This document shows positions 38,448-47,788 of a DNA stretch of 64,000 nucleotides, in pieces. The DNA comes from an uncultured Clostridia bacterium (lineage in GTDB: Bacteria; Bacillota; Clostridia; Christensenellales; UBA1242). Position numbers and translations under genes: made by a program. Positions within the stretch are counted from its first letter, which is position 1; each line of letters begins with the position of its first letter. The notes beneath the pieces were generated by a model. That model saw nothing but the letters and a program-made list of their open reading frames with translations, searched no databases and was not told the origin of the DNA. The stretch covers positions 4,326 to 68,325 of the forward strand of contig CALWKD010000004.1 in the NCBI GenBank assembly GCA_944381175.1, given 5' to 3'.

Positions 38448-39134
38448 ATGGATTACATTAAGACATACGAAGGAAACACAAATGTGGCACAAATTGCGGG
38501 AGTTGTTGCCTGCGTGCCGACGCTTTCACACCAAGTGGAAGGAGAAAATTTTTACGAATTTAAGGTGGACGTTGAGAGACTTTCAGGCATCAAGGACACC
38601 ATTCCTGTCACAATCTCTGAGAGGACTTTGGCAAATTCTTCAGTCGAGATGGGCAAGTTTGTCAAAGTTTGTGGCGAATACAGAAGTTACAACAAACTCA
38701 CGGGCGAGAAAAGCAAACTCGTGCTTCATCTGTTTGCAAAAGAAATTGAGATTGGCGGAGAAGAGTATCTAAACGAGGTCAGGCTCACGGGATTTATCTG
38801 CAAAACTCCAGTCTACCGCAAAACGCCTTTTGACAGAGAAATATGTGATGTTTTATTGGCCGTAAACCGAACAAATTATCATAAATCTGACTATATTCCT
38901 TGTATTTTGTGGGGAAGAAATGCGAGGTTTATCTCACAGCAAAACATCGGTTGTAAAGTGGAAATTGTCGGCAGAATCCAGTCCAGACAATACAACAAAG
39001 TCCTCGAAAATGGCGAGGTGGAGACAAAAACCGCTTACGAGGTTTCTTGCCAAAGAATTGCACTGCTTTCAAACATAACTCCTTTGTCATCCTCAGAAAA
39101 TTCCACAAAAAATGTCTTAATCAGTGATGTTTAA
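38448..39134 (+). CDS. SSB-family protein with two tandem OB folds, no acidic tail
   Basis: Two SSB-like halves are present. The second is NEVRLTGFICKTPVYRKTPFDREICDVLLAVNR...DYIPCILWGRNARF...VEIVGRIQSRQY. The usual C-terminal DDD(I/L)PF tip is absent. Confidence 0.6.
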   Translation: MDYIKTYEGNTNVAQIAGVVACVPTLSHQVEGENFYEFKVDVERLSGIKDTIPVTISERTLANSSVEMGKFVKVCGEYRSYNKLTGEKSKLVLHLFAKEIEIGGEEYLNEVRLTGFICKTPVYRKTPFDREICDVLLAVNRTNYHKSDYIPCILWGRNARFISQQNIGCKVEIVGRIQSRQYNKVLENGEVETKTAYEVSCQRIALLSNITPLSSSENSTKNVLISDV

Positions 39135-39183
39135 TTCTGGGGTTCGGTGGGGAATTCTATTTTTATTCGGTTTCTATATATAA

Positions 39184-39216
39184 AAAAGAAGGAAAATATA
39201 TCAAATTCCTTCTTTT
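39184..39216. terminator. bidirectional intrinsic terminator
   Basis: aaaagaaggaa-aatatatcaaa-ttccttctttt between convergent genes. Confidence 0.7.
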
Positions 39217-39261
39217 CTTTTCTTTTATTATTTTTTTTGGTTTTTGTTTCTTTATGAAATT

Positions 39262-40764
39262 TTAATACAATGGCTCATCATAGGTCTTTGGAATTTCGAC
39301 ATCCAAAAGTTTCAGGACAGTCGGAGCAATGGAAGTGAGAGATTTTCCCTTTTTAAGTTTGACTTTTGGGTGATTTCTTGAAACCAAAATCACAGGGACA
39401 GGGTTTGTCGTGTGCTTTGTCAATTTGTTTCCTTCTTTGTCAAACATCTCCTCTGCATTTCCGTGGTCGGCGGTGATTATGCAGTCTCCACCAGCCATAA
39501 GAGTTGCAAGTGCAACGGCGTATGCCTGTTTATCCACGCACTGAATTGCCTCTTTTGTGCTGTTGAAGTTTCCAGTGTGTCCGAGCATATCTGGATTTGA
39601 ATAGTTCACCAAAATGAAGTCATATTTGGCTGATGCGATTGCGTCCAAAACCTCTTGCGTAATCTCCACAGCCCTCATCTTTGGATATTCCGAGAAATCT
39701 TTGACATTTATGCTGTCGATAAGTTTTCGCTCTTCTCCCTTATACATCTCTTCAATTCCGCCGTTGAAGAAGAAGGTCACGTGGGCATATTTTGTGGTCT
39801 CTGAAATGTGGAATTGTGTTTTGCCATTCGCCGAAAGAACAGCAGCCAAGTTGTCCTCGATTTTTGTTGGGGGATAGATGGTGTTCACGTCTTTAAGTTC
39901 GTCAGAATACTCAGTCATCGCCGTAAACAAGAAATTGTTGAGTTTTTTGGTCTCAAATTCCTTAAAGCCAGGCTTTGTGAATGCAAACGTAATTTCCCTT
40001 GCCCTGTCAGAGCGGTAGTTGAAGAAAATGAGAGAGTCGTTGTCTTTGATTTGGCAGCCCTCGGCAATGACGGTTGGCTCAAAGTATTCGTCATAGACGC
40101 CGTTTTCATAACTATCTTCCACTGCCTCAACTGCGGAGTTGAATTTTTTGCCTTTTCCAGCGGTGAGCATATCATAAGCAATCTTCACTCTGTCATAACG
40201 CTTTTCTCTATCCATTGCGTAGACACGACCGATAATCGTGCCGATTTTTGCGTTTGTGCCAGCAATTTTCTCCTCAGTTTGTTTTATGAATTTCAGACCG
40301 TCTCTCACGCCAGTGTCTCTTCCGTCAAGGATGGCGTGGATGAAGATGTTTTTGATGCTGAAGTTTTTTGCTAGGTCAAGAATTGCAAACATATGGGTGA
40401 TGTTTGAGTGGATGCAACCATTTGACAAAAGTCCCATAAGGTGCAAATTTCCACCATTTTTTTCAGCGTGGGTGAGGGCTTTCAGAAGACGAGGTTTTTT
40501 GAAGAAGTTTCCGTTTTCGATTTCGGTGTCAATAAGTTTCAAGTCTTGCAAAATCACTCTTCCACTTCCCAAAGTCAAGTGTCCGACTTCGCTGTTTCCC
40601 ATAACTCCGTCAGGAAGCCCGACATACTTTCCGCTTGCTTCAATAAGCGTGTGCGGATATTCCTTTTTAAGTTTGTCAAGATAAGGCGTGCCTTGGCTTT
40701 TGATTGCGTTTCCATATTTTTCTTTTTTCTCGCCAAAGCCGTCAAGAATAACAAGTGTAACCAT
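39262..40764 (-). CDS. gpmI: 2,3-bisphosphoglycerate-independent phosphoglycerate mutase
   Basis: Start at MVTLVILDGFGEKKEKYGNAI after ggaaaggagatttt. GNSEVGHLTLGSGR motif. 500 aa. Confidence 0.95.
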   Translation of the reverse strand: MVTLVILDGFGEKKEKYGNAIKSQGTPYLDKLKKEYPHTLIEASGKYVGLPDGVMGNSEVGHLTLGSGRVILQDLKLIDTEIENGNFFKKPRLLKALTHAEKNGGNLHLMGLLSNGCIHSNITHMFAILDLAKNFSIKNIFIHAILDGRDTGVRDGLKFIKQTEEKIAGTNAKIGTIIGRVYAMDREKRYDRVKIAYDMLTAGKGKKFNSAVEAVEDSYENGVYDEYFEPTVIAEGCQIKDNDSLIFFNYRSDRAREITFAFTKPGFKEFETKKLNNFLFTAMTEYSDELKDVNTIYPPTKIEDNLAAVLSANGKTQFHISETTKYAHVTFFFNGGIEEMYKGEERKLIDSINVKDFSEYPKMRAVEITQEVLDAIASAKYDFILVNYSNPDMLGHTGNFNSTKEAIQCVDKQAYAVALATLMAGGDCIITADHGNAEEMFDKEGNKLTKHTTNPVPVILVSRNHPKVKLKKGKSLTSIAPTVLKLLDVEIPKTYDEPLY

Positions 40765-40821
40765 AAAATCTCCTTTCCGTAATATGATACGATTTGGCAA
40801 AGAAAAAGTCAAATTTTTGTT

Positions 40822-41244
40822 TTAGTTTTCTTTGTAATGTTCATCAAAATATTGATTGTTTTCGCTGAAGTCGGACTCATCCTTGTAATACTTTTCATCG
40901 TAATCATAGTCATAATTCTCCTCTTCCGATTTGTGTCTTTGCTCGGACTGTGCTTTGGAAGAGACTTGTTCTTTTCCTGCCTCAACATTCGTCGCAGTGG
41001 CGGGCTGGGCACTTTCCGTTTCCTTCTTTTTCTTCTTTTCGTAAACTTTCAAATTTCCTTTGTTTACGATGATTCTTATCACAAGATACAAAGCGCCGAC
41101 GCCGATAAGGATATAGCAAAGTCTTGAAAAAATGCTCGCTTGAAATCCAAACATACCAGCGATGAAATCATATTGCAAAAGACCGATTAAAAGCCAATTC
41201 ACACATCCAATCAAAGTCAATATAAAAGCGATGAAAGTTATCAT
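40822..41244 (-). CDS. DUF378 family membrane protein with charged/aromatic C-terminal tail
   Basis: Start at MITFIAFILTLIGCVNWLLIGLLQYDFIAGMFG after tggggaggtttt. The longer ORF in the track is rejected. Confidence 0.8.
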   Translation of the reverse strand: MITFIAFILTLIGCVNWLLIGLLQYDFIAGMFGFQASIFSRLCYILIGVGALYLVIRIIVNKGNLKVYEKKKKKETESAQPATATNVEAGKEQVSSKAQSEQRHKSEEENYDYDYDEKYYKDESDFSENNQYFDEHYKEN

Positions 41245-41496
41245 AAAACCTCCCCAAGATTTTGTTTTCGCTTTTATTGTTTGGAAAAATGTTAAAATTA
41301 TAAAAATTTTGGAATATTTTCTTTCGCCAGCGAATAAAATATGAAGGAATGTTTGAAATTTAGTTGACTTTTTTTTGCAAACAATGTATAATAAAGCCGA
41401 TTTTGAGTTGGATATATGTTTGCGGTAAAAGACCTGTGCGGTCGTTTTTTTACATTTTATAAGGCAACTATACAAGATTGCAAGGAGGAAAATATT

Positions 41497-41967
41497 ATGG
41501 AAAAACATTATTTAACACCTGAAGGAAAGTCTCAACTTGAGGAGAAATTGAACTTTTATAAGACTATCAAAAGACCTGAGGTTGTGAAGCGTATCGGAAT
41601 TGCGAGAGAGTTTGGTGACTTGTCTGAAAATTCTGAATACGACGCAGCAAAGGACGAACAAGCACAAATTGAAGCAGAAATCGCTGAAATGGAAAGCATT
41701 TTGCTGAACGCTGAAGTTATCGACAAGAAAAATCTTGACAGCGACACGGTGAATGTTGGTTGCACGGTGAAACTTTATGACGAAGATTTCGACGAAGAAG
41801 TGGAATATCGCATTTCAGGCTCTTCTGAGAGTGACCCAAAAAACGGTGTAATAAGCAATGTTTCGCCTGTTGGAAAGGCTCTTATTGGGCACAAAAAAGG
41901 AGAGGTTGTCTCTGTCAAAACTCCAGGTGGAGTGGCTGAATATAAAATTGTTTCAATAAGAATTTAG
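41497..41967 (+). CDS. greA: transcription elongation factor GreA
   Basis: Start at MEKHYLTPEGKSQLEEKL after caaggaggaaaat. GDLSENSEYDAAKDEQ motif. Confidence 0.95.
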   Translation: MEKHYLTPEGKSQLEEKLNFYKTIKRPEVVKRIGIAREFGDLSENSEYDAAKDEQAQIEAEIAEMESILLNAEVIDKKNLDSDTVNVGCTVKLYDEDFDEEVEYRISGSSESDPKNGVISNVSPVGKALIGHKKGEVVSVKTPGGVAEYKIVSIRI

Positions 41968-42114
41968 GAAATTCCGCAGAAGATGGCTGTTTTGTGCCAT
42001 TTTTTGTTTACTTTTTCCTTTGATTTTGGTATATTATTATCGAGATAGGTTGTTTTGTGTGGAGGTGAGTCTCTCCATAAGACACGAGTTTGTTTGAAAT
42101 TTTAAAGGATTTGT

Positions 42115-43032
42115 ATGGTTTTTGTAAATTCATTGAGATTGTTGCGTTCAAATTGGAGCAAGGCTTTAAAATTCTTCCTTTATTACATCGTTGTGTGGGG
42201 AATTTGCATTGCTTTGTTTTTGCCTGTCGCTTTTGAATTTGAGCAAATCTTCTCTTCAAATTTCAATGAAATTTCGGGCTATTTCGCAGGCGTTTTCAAA
42301 GGAAATCTTGGTGAAAATTTGCACGGAATGATTGTCACTGCTGGTGATGCAATTGTGGACATTTTTGACGCGAATGTGGGACTGGCAATCTATGGTCTTA
42401 TTGTCATGTTTGTGATTTTGCCATTTGTGATAAATGTTGGGAAATACACTTTGGAGTGTATGCTTTACAGTTATATGACAAGCAAAAACCAAATCGGCTT
42501 TTTCAGCGCATTTGTCAAAAATTTGAAAAAATCTGTTCTTTTTGCACTTTGCAAAGTGGGTTACAATCTCATCTTTTTGGCAATAACTATCTCAGCAGTC
42601 TTTGGACTTGGGTTGGTTGAGGACGAGACCTTTGTCCGTTATCTTTTGCCGTTGGCAGAAATTTTGGTTTTGGTGCTTCTTTTCACCTTAAACCAGATTC
42701 TTGTGCTCGGCTGGGCACCTGCATCAATTGTTTTTGATTGTGGAGTTTTCACCGCCTTCAGAAAGGGCGTCAAGGCCGTGAGACGACACTTTTGGAAAAT
42801 ATTTGGAGTGACATTCTGTTACTTCTTGTTGTTCTGGGCACTCGTGATGATTTTTGGCGTTTACACAATGATTGTTTTGGTGCCTGTGATGACAATTTTG
42901 CTCACTGTTTACAATATGACAGTGTTTTTCACAAGTCAGGGAATGAGATTTTATGTCAATGATTCTCAGATTTTGACACCAAAAAAACTTGAAGAAGTTG
43001 ACAATATAAACAAAACCGCTTTCCTTCTGTAA
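42115..43032 (+). CDS. polytopic membrane protein, unknown function
   Basis: 305 aa with about six hydrophobic segments. No family assigned with confidence. Confidence 0.55.
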   Translation: MVFVNSLRLLRSNWSKALKFFLYYIVVWGICIALFLPVAFEFEQIFSSNFNEISGYFAGVFKGNLGENLHGMIVTAGDAIVDIFDANVGLAIYGLIVMFVILPFVINVGKYTLECMLYSYMTSKNQIGFFSAFVKNLKKSVLFALCKVGYNLIFLAITISAVFGLGLVEDETFVRYLLPLAEILVLVLLFTLNQILVLGWAPASIVFDCGVFTAFRKGVKAVRRHFWKIFGVTFCYFLLFWALVMIFGVYTMIVLVPVMTILLTVYNMTVFFTSQGMRFYVNDSQILTPKKLEEVDNINKTAFLL

Positions 43033-43102
43033 GGCTTTATTCTTTGACGAATTTTATCAGCACGATGTGTTGAATTTATTTTGATATTTAAAAGGAGAAA
43101 AA

Positions 43103-44761
43103 ATGAGTAATAACAAACTGAAAATCACCTTTCTTGGTGGTGTGGGGGAAATCGGCAAAAATATGACAGCATTTGAATACAACAACGAAATTATCGTGGT
43201 TGATGCTGGAATGACATTCCCAGGGGATGACCTTCCAGGAATTGATGTTGTCATACCTGACATAACCTACTTAATAAACAACAAAGAAAAAATCAAAGCG
43301 ATTATTTTGACGCACGGACACGAGGACCATATCGGAGCCCTTCCTTTTGTCCTTCAACAAATCAAAGCACCAATTTATGGTTCGAGATTGACGCTTGCTC
43401 TTGTCGAAAACAAAATGAAAGAGCATCCAAAAGTTTCCTACAAAGCGATTTCTGTCAAGCCTAAAAATGTCTTGAAGATTGGTTCGTTTTCTGTGGAATT
43501 CATCAAGGTTTCACACTCAATTGCGGGGTCACTTGCACTTTGCATAACGACGCCTGCAGGAAATGTCATTCACACAGGTGACTTCAAAATTGATTTTGAA
43601 CCACTGGATGGAGTTATGACCGACCTTCAGAGGTTTGGAGAACTTGGCAAAAAAGGCGTGACATTGTTGATGTGCGAAAGCACCAATGTTTGCAGACCAG
43701 GGTATTCAAAGAGTGAGAAGAGCGTCGGCAGAACTCTTGATGAAATTTTCAAAAATCACCAAGACAACAGAATTTTTGTTGCGACCTTTGCTTCAAACAT
43801 AAACCGACTTCAACAAATTCTTGACCTTGCTGTCAAATATGGCAGAAAAGTTGCGTTCACTGGAAGAAGTATGATAAATATCACTGAAGTCGGGCTTAAA
43901 ATCGGCGAGATTTCTTTTGATAGAAAGATTTTGATTGATATTGACAAGATTGACAAATATGAGGACAAGGAACTTCTTATCGTCACCACTGGAAGCCAGG
44001 GAGAACCATTGTCAGCACTCACCAGAATGGCTGCTGGCGAATTTAAGCAAATCAAAATTCGCGAAAACGATTTGATTGTGTTTTCTTCATCTCCAATTCC
44101 AGGAAACGAAAAGAGCGTCTACAATGTCATCAACACTCTTTTTCAAAGGGGAGCAGATGTTATCTATGACGAACTTGCCGATGTTCACGCATCTGGACAC
44201 GCTTGTCAAGAGGAAATCAAGACCATCCATTCTCTTGTCAAGCCGAAATTCTTCATCCCAATTCACGGAGAGTATAGGCACCTCAAAATGCACAAACAAC
44301 TCGCAATGAATCTTGGAATGGAAGAGAGAAATATCTTGCTTGCTTCGATTGGTTCGCAAATTGAGATGACGCCAAACTCAATCAAACAAGTTGGGTTTGT
44401 CACGGCAGGACAAAGACTTATTGATGGTTATGGAATTGGAGATATGTCAAGCAATGTGCTCAGGGAGAGGAAACAACTCTCTGAAGATGGCTTCTGCGTC
44501 GTTGTTATGACCATCAACAATGTTTCTGGAGAGGTTGTTGGAGAGCCATTTATCATCACAAGAGGTGTGGTTTATCAAGACGAGGCGGAGAGTTTCGTTC
44601 AAGATACGAAAAATATGGTGATTGCGTCTTTGAAAGAACAGGAACTTAGAGGTTGCGACCCAGCGATTATCCGAAGCACAATAAGAAGAAATGTTTCAAA
44701 CTTTATTTTCAAGAGAACAAAGAGAAAGCCTATGGTTTTGGCGATTGTCTTGCTTGATTAG
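43103..44761 (+). CDS. rnj: ribonuclease J
   Basis: 552 aa. KITFLGGVGEIGKN start, metallo-beta-lactamase motif THGHEDHIGALP, and beta-CASP region. Confidence 0.95.
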   Translation: MSNNKLKITFLGGVGEIGKNMTAFEYNNEIIVVDAGMTFPGDDLPGIDVVIPDITYLINNKEKIKAIILTHGHEDHIGALPFVLQQIKAPIYGSRLTLALVENKMKEHPKVSYKAISVKPKNVLKIGSFSVEFIKVSHSIAGSLALCITTPAGNVIHTGDFKIDFEPLDGVMTDLQRFGELGKKGVTLLMCESTNVCRPGYSKSEKSVGRTLDEIFKNHQDNRIFVATFASNINRLQQILDLAVKYGRKVAFTGRSMINITEVGLKIGEISFDRKILIDIDKIDKYEDKELLIVTTGSQGEPLSALTRMAAGEFKQIKIRENDLIVFSSSPIPGNEKSVYNVINTLFQRGADVIYDELADVHASGHACQEEIKTIHSLVKPKFFIPIHGEYRHLKMHKQLAMNLGMEERNILLASIGSQIEMTPNSIKQVGFVTAGQRLIDGYGIGDMSSNVLRERKQLSEDGFCVVVMTINNVSGEVVGEPFIITRGVVYQDEAESFVQDTKNMVIASLKEQELRGCDPAIIRSTIRRNVSNFIFKRTKRKPMVLAIVLLD

Positions 44762-44769
44762 GACAAATT

Positions 44770-45357
44770 ATGAAAAATAAAGAGGAGTTTGTCGGCTTTG
44801 CGGAACACGAATATTCGCCTATTGTAAGGGATAAAAGCATTGAGTTTCTGCAAGAGTTAATTAAAAAATACCGACCAAAAAACATCTTGGAAATCGGCAC
44901 TTTCATTGGGTATTCCGCGTCGGTAATGCTTGAGGCGGACAGGGACTGCTTTGTCACAACAATTGAAATCGACGAGGAAAACGCCAAAGATGCAATCAAG
45001 AATCTCACTGACTTGGGTTTTGTGGGAAGATTTAAGGTTTTGAATTGTGACGCTTATGAATTTTTGCAGAGTCAGCAAAATGAGCAATTTGATTTTATCT
45101 TTTTGGACGGGCCGAAGGGACAATATTTCAAATATCTGCCCTTTTTAAAAAAAATGCTTAAAAAAGGCGGTTTTTTGCTTGCAGATGACATTCTTTTCTA
45201 TGGAATGGTAAAGTCTGAGGAGCATATCGAGCATAAACACAGGACGATTGTAAACAATTTGAGAAAGTTCATCGCTGAAATTCAAAATGACGAGGAACTC
45301 GAAACCACAATTTACGATTTCGCAAACGGAATGAGTTTGAGCAAGAAGAAAGTTTGA
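44770..45357 (+). CDS. class I SAM-dependent O-methyltransferase (family 3, YrrM/TrmR-like)
   Basis: ILEIGTFIGYSA (SAM motif I) and FDFIFLDGPKGQY. Confidence 0.85.
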   Translation: MKNKEEFVGFAEHEYSPIVRDKSIEFLQELIKKYRPKNILEIGTFIGYSASVMLEADRDCFVTTIEIDEENAKDAIKNLTDLGFVGRFKVLNCDAYEFLQSQQNEQFDFIFLDGPKGQYFKYLPFLKKMLKKGGFLLADDILFYGMVKSEEHIEHKHRTIVNNLRKFIAEIQNDEELETTIYDFANGMSLSKKKV

Positions 45358-45436
45358 CCGCTTTCTTTTTTTTGCAAAATAAAGAGAAATAGCAGTTTTA
45401 TTTGTATTTTTTGTTTAAATTTGGTAAAATAACACT

Positions 45437-46012
45437 ATGGATTTTGAAATCAAACTTATCGAATTTTTGCAATCTGGCAGAAGCCCATTTTTCGATGCTA
45501 CTTTCAAAATTATCTCGGCAATTGGGAGTGTGACGGGAGTAGTTGTGCTTTGTCTGCTGTTTTTGTTTACCAAAAGAAAAATGCTTTTTTGGTATTTGTT
45601 GTCTTATGGAATTACGGCATTGCTGATTTGGGTCTTGAAAGACCAAGTTCAGAGGGTCAGACCTTATAACCTAACCGAAACCATTGTTTGCATTGGCGAA
45701 GCCTCCACCGATTTCAGTTTTCCAAGCGGACACTCCGCTTGTGCGACCGCAATGGCAATCTTTGTGGGATACAGCCTGTTCACCTCCTACAAGCAGACTT
45801 CGACGAGAGTTGGAATCGTCTTGGGGTGTGGGCTTTTTGTTGGATTGGTTGGACTTTCAAGGATGTATTTGGGGATGCATTATCTGACGGATGTGATTGC
45901 GGGAATTGTGATTTCTGCCGTCATTTGCACGCTTGGAATAATCCTTATGAGAATTTATGAAAAACAGAAGAGGGAGAAATATGAAACTGAAAATGGAAGC
46001 AAACGGTCTTGA
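45437..46012 (+). CDS. PAP2 family phosphatase (undecaprenyl-diphosphatase-like)
   Basis: KDQVQRVRP, SFPSGHSA and SRMYLGMHYLTDV acid-phosphatase motifs, with several TM segments. Confidence 0.85.
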   Translation: MDFEIKLIEFLQSGRSPFFDATFKIISAIGSVTGVVVLCLLFLFTKRKMLFWYLLSYGITALLIWVLKDQVQRVRPYNLTETIVCIGEASTDFSFPSGHSACATAMAIFVGYSLFTSYKQTSTRVGIVLGCGLFVGLVGLSRMYLGMHYLTDVIAGIVISAVICTLGIILMRIYEKQKREKYETENGSKRS

Positions 46013-46424
46013 GCAAACTCGTGAGATTGCGACCGCTTTTGCAAAATGTCTGAAGAGTCCAATGATAATTCTTCTTAATGGTGACCTTGGAAGCGGGAAG
46101 ACGACCTTTGTCAAGGAGGTTGTCAAGGCGCTTGGTTGTGATGAACTCGTGACAAGCCCGACTTTCACGCTTCTAAACACATACAATGCAAAATTTCCGA
46201 TTTATCATTTTGATATGTATAGGCTGTCCTCGGCTGAAGAGGCAATGAATGTGGGATTTGAGGAATATTTTGACAAAAAAACGCTTGACGGCGTGTGTTT
46301 TGTTGAGTGGTCAGAGAATATTGAAGGGTTGATTAAAGATGTGGACTTTGTCATCGAAATTGAAAAAACGGGAGAAAACAAAAGAACTTTTGTGATTAAG
46401 GAGTCTGGATATGCTGGCAATTAA
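45981..46424 (+). CDS. tsaE: tRNA t6A biosynthesis ATPase TsaE
   Basis: Start at ATG 45981 after agggagaaat. LNGDLGSGKTTF P-loop, VTSPTFTLLNTY and YHFDMYRL. Confidence 0.9.
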   Translation: MKLKMEANGLEQTREIATAFAKCLKSPMIILLNGDLGSGKTTFVKEVVKALGCDELVTSPTFTLLNTYNAKFPIYHFDMYRLSSAEEAMNVGFEEYFDKKTLDGVCFVEWSENIEGLIKDVDFVIEIEKTGENKRTFVIKESGYAGN

Positions 46425-47067
46425 CACGGCATTTGCGACGGCAAATTTGGCGTTGGAGGTAAAGAGCGAACACGGCGAAAAGGTTGTGCTCAGAGATATA
46501 GAGGCAAAAAGTAAGCATTCCGAATTGCTTCTTCAGGTCATCGAACAGATGTGCGAAGAAGCGGAGATTGATGTGCTTGATGTGGGGACAATAGGCGTGG
46601 TTGTCGGACCTGGGTCTTTCACTGGACTGAGAATTGGCACGGCGGTTGCAAAAGCGCTGGGGTGCGTCAATCCAAACCTCAAATTTCTCGCTTTGTCATC
46701 GCTGGAACTTATGGCATACATTGCTAATAAAACTGGCTCTTGCAAAGAAGAATTTGTCTGTGCTTTGAATGCTTTGTCTGATTTGTATTTTGTTGCATAT
46801 TTTGATAAAAATGGCATAAAATTGGGAGAAGAGCAGATGATTGGAAAGGACGAATTTGAAAAAATAACTTTGCCAATCTTTGCTTTGAAGGGCGATTTAG
46901 ATTGTGACAGATGTCAAGAGATTGAAATTAGTTGCAGAGACTTTTTAAATTTTGCTCTTGAACAGGAAAAGCAGGGGAAATTTGTCACAGAGCAGGAACT
47001 TTTGCCAGTTTATTTGCGACTTTCTCAGGCTGAAGTAAACCTGTTGAAAAAAGGTAAAAAAGATTGA
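46411..47067 (+). CDS. tsaB: tRNA t6A biosynthesis protein TsaB
   Basis: 218 aa. GVVVGPGSFTGLRIGTAVAKAL. Overlaps the end of tsaE. Confidence 0.85.
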   Translation: MLAINTAFATANLALEVKSEHGEKVVLRDIEAKSKHSELLLQVIEQMCEEAEIDVLDVGTIGVVVGPGSFTGLRIGTAVAKALGCVNPNLKFLALSSLELMAYIANKTGSCKEEFVCALNALSDLYFVAYFDKNGIKLGEEQMIGKDEFEKITLPIFALKGDLDCDRCQEIEISCRDFLNFALEQEKQGKFVTEQELLPVYLRLSQAEVNLLKKGKKD

Positions 47068-47127
47068 AAAATTGTTTGACATTGAGTATAAATATATGTA
47101 GAATACATACAGAAAAAAGGAGAAGTT

Positions 47128-47652
47128 ATGAAAAAACCGATTTATATCAGATGTCCAAGATGCGAACTTAATTACATTGAAAAGAAAGATAAGTTGTGCT
47201 CAGTCTGCAAGGCGGAACTCTCGGCAAACAAAGAGGCTTTTGTCAATGATCTTGATTTGGAACTTTGCCCAATTTGCAAGACCAATTATATCCAGCCAGA
47301 CGAGATTATGTGTGCGACCTGCTTGAAGGAACATCAGTCTGAGGACGGTGAAATAACTGGAGATGACTGGGATGAATATGTAAATCGTGACGAGGATGAA
47401 ATTGTCTACGACGACGAGGAGACAGGGGATATGGCGACAATCACCGACCTTGACGACGACACGCTTGATGATGACCTTGATTCTGGCATTGGCTTTGATG
47501 ACAGCCTTGACGATGACGAACTTGACGAACTCACTGATGAGGACCTCGACACTGAGTTTGACGACGAAGATGATGATTTGGACGACTATGATTCGGATAT
47601 TGACGATGATGATATAGGCGACGATGACGACGATGATGAAGATGATTTTTAA
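47128..47652 (+). CDS. double zinc-ribbon protein with poly-acidic (D-rich) C-terminal half
   Basis: CPRC-x14-CSVC and CPIC-x13-CATC, followed by about 90 residues dominated by D and E. SD aaaaggagaag. Confidence 0.7.
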   Translation: MKKPIYIRCPRCELNYIEKKDKLCSVCKAELSANKEAFVNDLDLELCPICKTNYIQPDEIMCATCLKEHQSEDGEITGDDWDEYVNRDEDEIVYDDEETGDMATITDLDDDTLDDDLDSGIGFDDSLDDDELDELTDEDLDTEFDDEDDDLDDYDSDIDDDDIGDDDDDDEDDF

Positions 47653-47755
47653 TCATCTTTTTTATTGCATTTTTGTTAAAAAAATAGACAAATTTTTTGT
47701 CAAAAGTTTGTTTTGCGAAAAATACAAAGAAAACTGATTAAAAAATGCGGACAAA

Positions 47756-47784
47756 AAAAGAGATGAATTTAATCATCTCTTTTT
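47756..47784. terminator. bidirectional intrinsic terminator
   Basis: aaaagagatga-atttaa-tcatctctttt between convergent genes. Confidence 0.7.
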
Positions 47785-47788
47785 GCTT

